A stretch of DNA of 64,000 nucleotides, taken from Ylistrum balloti. Its lineage: Eukaryota. Where the stretch lies: assembly GCF_031769215.1 (NCBI RefSeq), contig NW_026782390.1, positions 248,001 through 312,000 of the forward strand. Direction: 5' to 3'. This document shows positions 26,390 to 35,454 of this stretch, one piece after another. Numbering within the stretch: position 1 is the stretch's first letter; every line of letters begins with the position of its first letter. A model generated the notes under the pieces. The model had not been told where the DNA came from. It saw nothing but the letters and a program-made list of their open reading frames with translations, and made no database searches. Both the position numbers and the translations under genes were made by a program.

Positions 26390-29300
26390 GAAAAAACACT
26401 TGTTTGGCTTAGCAGTCAACCCAGCCTCGCGCAGACGTGAAAACAGCTCCTTCAAAACGTCTAAGTGTTCTTCCCATGTGGAGGTGTAAATGAGAATATC
26501 ATCTATGAAATTATCAAGATGAGCCATTCCTGCCAATAACTTCCTCATCATGCGACTGAAAGTCGCAGGAGCGTTCACTAGTCCAAACGGCATGACACGG
26601 AACTGAAACAATCCCTGTGGCGTTGTGAATGCTGTCATGGGCTTTGCTTTCTCCGTCAACGGCACCTGCCAGTATCCTTTGCTTAGGTCGAGTTTCGAAA
26701 AGTAACGAGCACCCGCCAGTCTAGCAAAGATCTCCTCCGTATTCGGCATCGGTTCGGCGTCAAAGACTGTCACTCTGTTTAACTTCCTGAAGTCGATGCA
26801 GAAGCGGTTGGTGCCGTCCTTCTTTTTGACGATCACAACAGGTGCTGAATAAGGCGATGAAGAAGGCTCGATGACTCCCATTTTCAACATCTTGTCCACC
26901 TCTGCTGTTATGACTTCCGTGGTGTTGAATGGTATTGGATAAGGCTTAACACGCACCGGCTCAGGAGTTGTAGTCGTGATGTCATGTTCGATAAGGACTG
27001 TCCTTCCCGGTTGATCTGTAAGCACATCCTTATATCCCTCCAGTAAATCTTTCACCTCCCTTTTCTGTTCTTCAGGTAATTCCTGAGATATGCCTACATC
27101 CTGTATTCCCCCTTTTCCTCTGTCACACGGAAGAGTCTCTAACACGTGGCTAAGACCTTCTTCTTTACATTCTTCTTCCTCAATGACCATGGACAGGACA
27201 CAAGCCAGAACTCCTTCGGACGTCACTGCGTTTGAGTCTTCCCGGATCCTTTGTTCTTCATACTTCTTCAGAAGGTTGATGTGGAGTACCTTGATCTTTC
27301 CATCATGGTCAACACGATAGTCTGACGGACCCACCTTCTCAATCACGTCATAAGGTCCTCTCCACTGCAATAGAAGCTTGTTGGCCTTTGTCGGTAAGAG
27401 TACCAAAACCTTGTTACCCGCTTTCAGGTTTCTTTGTCTCGCTCTTCGGTTGAAGTGCCTCTTCTGTTTGACTTTTGCATCTTTAAGTTGCTCCGATGCC
27501 AGTCGACACGTTTCCTCCACTCTCTCTCGTAAATCTATCACGTACTGATAGATAGTTTTCACTTCCTCATCTGGAATATCCTTGGTCATCAGTTCTCTCA
27601 GAATCATCATAGGCCCTCTTACTGCTCTCCCGTACAGCAACTCAAAGGGTGAAAATCCAAGTGATTCTTGAGGAACCTCTCGATAGGCGAATAGCAGAGG
27701 GTTGATAAACCGATCCCAATCCTTCGGCCGTTCAGCAGTAATCTTGCGCAACATTTGCTTCAGGGTACCATTAAACCTCTCCACCAAGCCGTTGCACATG
27801 GGATGATACGGCGTAGTAGTCAGTTGTCTGATAGACAACAGCCGGCTTACCTCTCTCATCATCTCCGATGTAAACTGCGCCCCCTGGTCACTGAGCATCT
27901 CTGAAGGAATCCCTACTCGGCTGAACATATCGATGAGCGCCTCAGCTACTCTCTCCGTCTCAATGCTCTTCAGTGCGACTGCTTCGGGGTATCGAGTGGC
28001 ATAATCCACGACCGTCAAAATAAATCGGTTCCCTCGGTCTGTAGCCGGTTCCAGTGGTCCAATAAGATCCACAGCGATCCTCTTAAATGGAGTGTCAATA
28101 AGAGGCATGTCACCAAGTGGAGCCTTCGGCACCCTCCCCTTCGGAAATGTTCTCTGGCATATGTCGCAGGATCTACAAAACCGAATAACTTCCGCTTGAA
28201 TACCAGGCCAGAAGAACTCCGATAGAACTCTGTTGGTAGTCTTCTTAGCTGCCAAGTGTCCCGACATCATGGAGTCATGTGCCAATCTCATCACTATATC
28301 GCGATACTTTGCCGGAACAACCAGCTGACGAAAGGTCATACCATTTCTCACCCTTGGGCTATGGAACTTACGGTACATGATCCCTTTCTGATAAAAGATG
28401 GTGGAAGATCCTCCATCATCTCGCTCGTATATTTCTCCTTTAGCCGCCAGTTTCCTAAACTTCTTCAAAGACGGATCGTTCTGTTGCTCCTCCTTCAAAT
28501 CCACAACACTTCCAATGTCTGTAACAAGATCCAGCACCTTCAGTGGTTTGTATGGTTGATCCTTCTTCTTTGACTGCGCACGTGTCACCACCGCTTGAAC
28601 GTCAGGTTCCCTCATCTTCCGGTTCTGGTCAGGTTGGTTGGGAGGTAATGCTCCAGGAATGTTTCCAATGATAAGATCGTACAGTGGAGTCTCCAGAGCC
28701 CAGGCTTCGGTTGTTCCTTTGTAGTACGGGGAATCCACCTCCACTGTAACAACAGGTGTCTGTAATTTCGAACCATCGGCGAACGTACATACTTGAACTC
28801 TGTCTGTGAAACATCCTTCGTCAACGAGACATTTCCTTACCACAACACCGCTACATCCAGTGTCACGTAGCACCGTCACGCTGTGGTCCCCAATATATCC
28901 TTTCTTCACAGGCATGGCTGTAGGTTGAGAACTCCTCACATCACAAGACACACTCAAAGTCGCAGAATCTTTCTCTTGGCTGGATGACCCTGTTCTTGAC
29001 TTTCTTCCTTTATTCCTACACTCATCGCTATCCTTCTCTTTCCTATGCTGCTGGTCAACTAGAGCAGCAACCTTACTCCCAGAAGCATTCTTCTTGGCAC
29101 GGCATTCATAAGATATATGTCCAAGCTTACCACAGTTGTAGCATTTCTTATCCTTCGTTGGAGCTCTTGACACAGGCGCCTCAGTTGTTCCGGAACTATG
29201 TGGCTTACTAGTACCCGTCTTCTGGCCTTTAGAAATCACCTGGTTTGCCCTGGTTCCTCTTGCTTCCACGAACTGGTCTGCTAATCTCGCCATGTCGATG

Positions 29301-30055
29301 ATTGATGTTGGTGACCTCTCCTTCAGGAAAAGAGAAAGATCCTGTCCACAGCAGTGGATGAATTGGTCCCTCAGCATAAGATCTCTCAACTGTTCGTATG
29401 TCTTACCAGTCTTACTCAATTCCACCCAGCGTTCAACATAATTCTGTAAGCGTGAGGCAAACTGCGAGAATGTCTCTCCTCCTTCAGGTCTGGCTGTCCG
29501 GAATAATTTCCTGAAACCTTCTTCGGTCTTTTCGAACCTTTGCAAAAGTGCCTTCCCCAACTCCTCATAGTCTAAAGCCTTGTCAACCGGTAGACGCGAA
29601 AACACTTCCAGAGCTTTTCCCTTCAACAATGCACTGAGGTTCGCTCCCCACTGGCTATGTTCCCACTTCTGCGCCCTAGCATAGAGTTCAAACCTCTGGA
29701 GGTAGGCGTCCATATTATCTCGTGTCTCATCGAATGCTGGCAATTTCGGACCTCTTCGAACAGCAGTTTCCCTGTCGGAATGGACACTTGTGTTCTCGCC
29801 ACCTTCTGCTCGTAGGAGTTCCAATTTCCTCTGGTGTTCTTTCTCTTGCTGAACTTCCGCTCTCGCATCCCTCTCTGCTTCAAGCTTAGCCTGTTCCAGA
29901 ATGACGTTCTTCTGCTCTACTTCCATCCGAAAAGCACGTTCTTTCTCCCGTTCCTCTCTGGCTTGGGCTTGCTGATCTCGGACAAAGTCCTGTAACTGCT
30001 CCCCTTCATAGTGCAAGTCCTTTCCAAAAGCAATAAGTTCTTGCAATGTAGACAT
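26390..30055 (-). CDS. gag-pol: gag-pol polyprotein: SCAN-like capsid, CCHC knuckle, aspartic protease, integrase, RT. Frameshift near 26391-26396; the ORF-track frame then runs on to a stop at 26234
   Basis: Probable start MSTLQE at 30055; CYNCGKLGHISYEC; LRDTGCS; HDSMMSGH...CRSCDIC; VDLIGP / SDQGAQF / GLVERFNGTLK; WRGPY; RFCIDFRKLN; KLDLSKGYWQV; MPFGLVNAPATF; FIDDILI. Confidence 0.95.
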
Positions 30056-30056
30056 A

Positions 30057-30165
30057 CTGAAAAATAAATGAGCTACAAACACACCTGCCAAACAGATTCC
30101 AAATAACAAGACAACACAAATAACACAGGAAACAAAACAAGGAGACACCATGCATATATACTCAC
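30057..30165 (-). other. Putative leader intron B (109 nt) ending 1 nt before the gag ATG
   Basis: GTG|GTGAGT donor; T-rich body; CTCAT...TTTATTTTTCAG|TATGTCT acceptor. Splicing itself is inferred. Confidence 0.6.
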
Positions 30166-30237
30166 CACGGCTTGAGATCAGTCCACGTGCTGTTGTTCAT
30201 CTGGAATTTCCCCTGGTTGCTTACCTGTGCGATCCAT

Positions 30238-30344
30238 CTGAAACGTTCTTGTGACGAAAGAAAACGGATAAGAAACAAGAAAAGAGTAAAAGAGACGCAA
30301 ACAGAAACAGGTCAGAAAAATAAATATCTGATAAACTACCTCAC
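30238..30344 (-). other. Putative leader intron A (107 nt)
   Basis: CAG|GTGAGG donor; CTGAC branch consensus; ~60-nt polypyrimidine tract; TTTCAG|ATG acceptor. Confidence 0.55.
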
Positions 30345-30399
30345 CTGAAATACCTGTTTACAACCTTAAATTCAATTCCCAAATAGCAACACGTCAGTC

Positions 30400-30417
30400 A
30401 TCCCACCGCTGCCACCA
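30400..30417 (-). other. Primer-binding site complementary to tRNA-Leu (AAG/TAG type)
   Basis: Minus strand TGGTGGCAGCGGTGGGAT, 4 nt from the 5' LTR. The plus strand ATCCCACCGCTGCCACCA equals the conserved 3' end of metazoan tRNA-Leu(AAG/TAG) plus CCA (recalled, not searched). Confidence 0.9.
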
Positions 30418-30421
30418 ACTT

Positions 30422-31662
30422 TGTAACGTAGGACGAGCGGCGAGAAGCTATCAGGAAAATGAAACACAATACCACTATAAAAATTAACAATTTATTTACA
30501 ACATGAACGTAAACAAAGCACACTCACACATTCCCTCAGATTCACACAAAAGATTACACTTCAGTATTACACAAAGTCTCTGTTGATCACCCCTCAACGG
30601 TCCTTCACACCAGGAATGAAAAGTTCAAGAAAACCCCCAAATACTGGATTCAATGGAGACAGAGGATTCCTATCCAGACAACTGACGAACTACTACCGCA
30701 GTAGTACTTTGGCGCTGTGCGTGCCACACAAAATCTCAAGCAGAGTAGAGCTCACAGTTATAGATGCCATATCTGTACCGCTATGCTCCTCGGAACGTGT
30801 ACCCCAATGCCAAACCTGTAGTTTCCGTGATTGGCTGACCTTACTGTCTGCTAAGGCCCTGGTGCCGACTCTCACTGATAAAACCGTCGTGGCCTTGATG
30901 AGGTAGCTGGTGTCGTTGTGACCGGTGGGAAAAGCTTAAAAGAATAGTAACGAAGATTGACTCGCATACAACACTTGCACATTATTATGACACAATCAAC
31001 TACTATTATAAATGAAATTATCCCCAGAAATACTCATAAATTACACAGTACATGATACATTTCGAAGAGTTATAAAGGTAATAACATAATGAACGACTAA
31101 TGCAGGCTCAGAATAACATAACGACCATCTAGCAAACAATGTATGAGACATTATACGGCAACTCACGGCTTCCATACTTTTTTCAAACACGCATACGTTC
31201 TCACCTGAGTATTCTATACGCTTATAAAATACATATAACTTATAATAACTGGAAGAAGTTATAGAAACAGCTGCAATAATAACATTCCTAGCAAATACTA
31301 AGATACAATCTAAGAAAGGACACCCTAGTGTAGCCTTATACATAAAAACAACAATGCTACGCATGACTGAGCCGCACAAACAACGAGTGTTTATCAAAGA
31401 TATTTATTAAGAAAAAGGCTAAGAAAGCAATAATGCGAAGAAAGAGATATTAAGATAGACTTACCACAGTCTGCAATCTGTGCCTGTATATTTTCCTTGT
31501 AGTGGTTACATCGGGTAAATAACCCGTAAACAACCCCTGCGGAATTCACGCGACCTCCATGAACTCCCACTCACCTGGTCACACGCACAAGTACGGTCGC
31601 TCGACAGGGATAACGAAAATACCGAACGTAGAAAACAACATATACATACATACGACGTGACA
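30422..31662 (-). repeat. 5' LTR (1241 bp)
   Basis: Minus strand TGTCACG...CGTTACA; followed by the PBS. Confidence 0.98.
30491..30834 (-). promoter_or_regulatory. Candidate LTR promoter and poly(A) signal: CCAAT (30834-30830), TATAA (30762-30758), AATAAA (30496-30491)
   Basis: Motifs occur in the expected order on the element sense strand, implying a long U3 (~930 nt) and a short U5. Confidence 0.5.
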
Positions 31663-31667
31663 GCAAT

Positions 31668-32592
31668 ACGTCTTATGTAATTAGACATGTTCATTGATAT
31701 TATTATTATAATTGAGCATCATTTAAGCGTACTTATACAGCTATGACTAGACACATAGGACTGGATAATATTTATGTACCTTTATTTACTGGTATATATA
31801 TTGATGTCATTGTACGATATGATATAGTATGGAAGTTATGTTGAGTGTTATGAATGGCGTTTGGTGCTTGTAAGGTTACCATTATTAGTATTTTGTACAT
31901 CCGTGTTTTACAGATGTCTGGTTCCGATGTGAGAGCATATACTCATATGGACACGGCCTTAGTGTGGTGGTGTGGATAAGAGAGTAAACTTTTCCATGAA
32001 CTACAATAAATGCTACATGGTCTTTTGGTTCCAAACATATTAGGAGAGTAACTCGCCAGATGACCTACCACAGATATTCTCCATGATAGCATATAGGTGT
32101 CGGAGTTGACATCGGGACGGGTGCATCAGTAGCGGGTGTACATCTTTTGATGTGTCGGGTGTTACCGTCCCCAATCCATGAAACAAGTGTGAAATACAGT
32201 TGTGACAGGGTCGTCGTTTCCTTACGTCTACAACCCAGCTGTGTGACGGGGTTTCGACGTCTTCGACGTAGTGGGAAGACTGACAGAGTAAGTTCTTCTT
32301 TACTCCATTTGCCGCCTTGGTATCATCGCCTAGGAGTGCACTTTGTAGCTCGTAACGGTCACGAAGTTGTGGCCGTGCAGGAATTGTAATTTCTGCTTAT
32401 ATAGACATTGTGTATATTCATTAGTGTGAGAGAGGTATAATCAGTGTTCATGAGTGAAAAGTGTGTGGTGTATGTTTATGGAATATGTATATTGGTGTGT
32501 ATTATATGTAAATAAATTGTATGTATTGTAAGTGATTTTTTTATTATCTCCCTGGTTTGTTAGAGCAATATCACCGTTCTCCCACACTACAC
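31668..32592 (+). mobile_element. Older LTR-like sequence (right part) interrupted by the Gmr1 element; the left part lies upstream of 24408 with an undefined boundary
   Basis: AT-rich then GC-richer block, then a GT-rich tract and TGTAAATAAATTGT (same 14-mer as in the young LTR), ending ~75 nt later in ...CCCACACTACA. No PBS follows and no TSD was found. Confidence 0.45.
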
Positions 32593-32599
32593 ATTTCTG

Positions 32600-33232
32600 A
32601 ATTCAGAAAGTTGATTCGACCCCTTGAGACTTGAGGCGGGGCCCAAAAAAGGGAAGCTGGTTCTAAATGCTACGCTTTCTTAATGCTTGAATAGATTTCA
32701 ACCAAATTTAGTCTAAAACATCAAGGAATTAAGAAAGTTGATTCAACTCCTAGTTAATATGAATGACCTTGACCCGCTTTAAATGTCACATAGGTCAAAT
32801 GTGTTGAAATGCTTCATCTTAAGCAACTTCTCAATAATCGGAAAGTCCAGGATGATGGTATTTTGCCTGTAGCATGCTAGGATGTAGGGCTACCGACTTT
32901 GTTAATATGAATGACATTGACTTAATTTCAAGGTCACAGGTATCAAATGTGTTAAATATTTGAACGACTTTTTCTGAATAACCAAAAGGCCAAGGGTCTT
33001 GATATTGGGCATATGTCTTGCTTTCTTTAAAAAGCAATACGTCCGAAGTAATGCCATTTATATGGTGCATATATAAAGCACATGCTTTCAAATTTGCAAA
33101 AATGTCTTGATCAACCAACAATGTTTTTTGTAAGCTGCAGAGTAGTTTAGCAATTCATTTTAGGCCTATTTTGCCTCTTTCATACATAGGTCTTTGGAGT
33201 CGGATGACCGTTAAGGCCCCTGGACCTCTTGT
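32600..33232 (+). mobile_element. HINE-like repeat with ~150-bp internal tandem monomers
   Basis: GTTAATATGAATGAC(C/A)TTGAC...GTCACA...CAAATGTGTT(G)AAAT at ~32754 and ~32901; terminal module GATGACCGTTAAGGCCCCTGGACCTCTTGT. Confidence 0.6.
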
Positions 33233-33462
33233 GTTATATAAAAGGAAATTCTAGCCTTTTTAGCTCATGCCCTGCTTTACGGAATTGACTTCATTTTTTT
33301 CTTCAACTCTCCTTCTTAAAGGAGAAAGAGGATCCGGGGGTTATGAATCTGACAAAGCAACCTGGGATTTCCCAATCCATGGAGAATATTCTATTCTTCT
33401 CTGAAGAATAAATTTTTAAAAGAACATTTACATATAAGCATTTTGGAAACTTTTGGTAACTT

Positions 33463-33803
33463 CCTTCAGGCGACAGGGTTAGAGTCATACAATTTACAGA
33501 TTTATTTTGGCAGTGGCCAAATGACCTGTCTATAATTTTTCATTGTAGCCACTAACGATTTTCAATTAATAAGAAATGTGAAAATATTAATGGACGACGA
33601 CCGACGGGGAAGATGGAACAGACAAAGGTCACTGATTGTTTCTCAGGTGGCACTGAAAAAGCTGACGTTGGCTTTTAATAAATTTGAAAATCACACGTAT
33701 TTGATTCGACAAACGTCTGGGAAAAGTCTACCAACTTCCGGCCATGTTTAGTCGTTATATTGGTTGGTTTGTTAACATTAAATAACAACAAACAACAATT
33801 ACT
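33463..33803. repeat. Dispersed repeat, copy B (homologous to 1-369; may extend left to ~33300)
   Basis: Direct sequence similarity to the window start. Confidence 0.85.
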
Positions 33804-35454
33804 ATCACAGGTAGGTGTTAAAATGTCTAAACGACTTTTTCCGAATAACCGAAAGGATCTCGAAATTTACACGAAGTATTACGGCTTGAGTAATGGCAAT
33901 GACGTAGTGCATGTATACTGTGAGGAAAAGAAACGCAATTAGGAATTTCCAGGTCAACTACGGGAAAAAGAAAAGGGTTTTAGAATGTAATAATTACGAG
34001 AATTTCATTCGTGTACGTTAAATAAACCTTTCAAATTTGACGTTGATTCAAGAGTACTCCACTTAAAATGAAGTGCGTTCTGGACCCATCAATATGGTGT
34101 GTGCCCCCGCGAGCTGCAGTAACTGCACGAACTCTTTTATGCGTTGAATTGATCGGGGTATTAACCCTACTCATTGGTATACGATTCCATTCCTCATTCA
34201 GAGCCAACGCCAACTGAGCGACGTTGATTGGAGGATTCGGCCTACGTCTTATCCTTCTGTCCAACTGGTCCCATACATGTTCAGGGCTGTATGGGGGCCA
34301 GTCTAGGGTGGGGACATTGTTTGCTGCGAGATAACCACGGCAAACCCTCGCTACATGCGGCCGGGCGTTGTCCTGCTGAAACGTCAGTTGACGCTGCTGT
34401 ACTAGAGGAACAACATGCGGCGCTAGTACGTGATCTCTATAGCGGACGGCCGTGAGATTTCCCTGAATAACGACCAGAGGAGTCTTGATATCATGCGCAA
34501 TCCCTCCTCATACCATGACCGATCCTCCTCCAAAGCGGCCATTCTTTATCACGCAAGCATCTGCATAGCGCTCGTGGGTAAGTCTAAAGATACGATGTCG
34601 ATCGTCTGCCCGGTAAAGCGAAAACCTGGACTCATCTGAAAACAGGAACCTTCTCCAACGTTGCATTGGGAAGCATCTTACGAAATGTGCGTTCAGCCAT
34701 TGCATTCGTCTGGCACGTCGCCGCGAATTAAGCTATGGTTCAACATATGGCCGCCGCGGTCTCAGACCGAAGGCATGCAGTCGAGTACGCACTGTCTTTG
34801 GATCAATTGAAACATGATGACGCCCAATTGCGTTCCTTGCTGTTTCCGTGGCTGTCAGAAAGCGATTGCCCTATCCTGCCGACGCGTCGTCACACGAGGG
34901 CGACCGCTTCGGAGACGGTCTGCAACCCTTCCGGTGGCATGTAGTCTTTGGATGAGACGGCAAATGTTCGATGGATTGACTCCAAATTGATTAGCGACCT
35001 GATTTTGCGGGGTACCTCGCATAAGAACCCTTGTCAACTTTGGACAGTCGTGGGTTTTTTTTTTACGGTGAACTGGTTATGCTTAGAATGTAGGAAATGA
35101 AGACGGATATGTCTGAAGATTCGCACACACAGATTTTGAACCAATCCTTTATACTGCTTTTTTCTCTTATTCTCTTGTACAAGCGGCGTGCGCAGTTTAG
35201 TTATACATAAGTGATTTTAATACGGTACCATAGGGACCTAACTCAAATGCACACATTTGTCAAGTTTCAAGGGTGTACGTCAAGGATTTAATTTACAATA
35301 TTAACTTTCTGCTAATTGCGTTTCTTTTTCCTCTCAATATATAAAGAATATGATTTCAAGTTTACAAAAAATGTCTTGATGAACCAATGATGTCGGCTGT
35401 GTAAAGTGTGGGCCTTTACAGCCAGAAGACCGTTTAGGTCCATGGACCTCTTGT
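33804..35454 (+). mobile_element. Second partial copy of the 32600-33232 repeat, split by the Tc1 insertion (33804-33915 plus 35340-35454)
   Basis: The left flank AACGACTTTTTCCGAATAACC...GAGTAATGGCAATGACGTAGTGCATGTA and the right flank TATAAAGAATATGATTTCAAGTTTACAAAAAATGTCTTGAT...GGACCTCTTGT rejoin to match 32935-33232. Confidence 0.75.
33916..35339 (-). mobile_element. Tc1 (DD34E-type) DNA transposon, 1424 bp; transposase pseudogenised (~35060-34089)
   Basis: Imperfect ~28-bp TIRs TACTGTGAGGAAAAGAAACGCAATTAG / TATTGAGAGGAAAAAGAAACGCAATTAG; TA TSD; fragments RSGRPRVTTRRQDR, FLFSDESRF, RFGGGSVMV, ALNEEWNRIP in different frames. Confidence 0.93.

Larger units (their letters stand above)
24413..31662 (-). 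mobile_element. Full-length LTR retrotransposon, Ty3/gypsy Gmr1 clade (Gag-PR-IN-RT-RH), 7250 bp
   Basis: Two 1241-bp LTRs with TG...CA ends; 5-bp TSD GCAAT at 24408-24412 and 31663-31667; PBS; PPT; gag-pol with integrase upstream of a gypsy-type RT; no env. Confidence 0.97.

Noticed and set aside
26390-26397. Programmed -1 frameshift at T TTT TTC
   Set aside because: The -1 frame stops within a few codons; RNase H is in the +1 frame and residues appear to be missing, which favours a deletion.
26234-30055. Classification as Ty1/copia because integrase precedes RT
   Set aside because: RT (CIDFRKLN, LDLSKGYWQ, MPFGL, FIDD), RNase H (TDAS) and the GPY integrase tail are Ty3/gypsy type; the order is explained by the Gmr1 clade.
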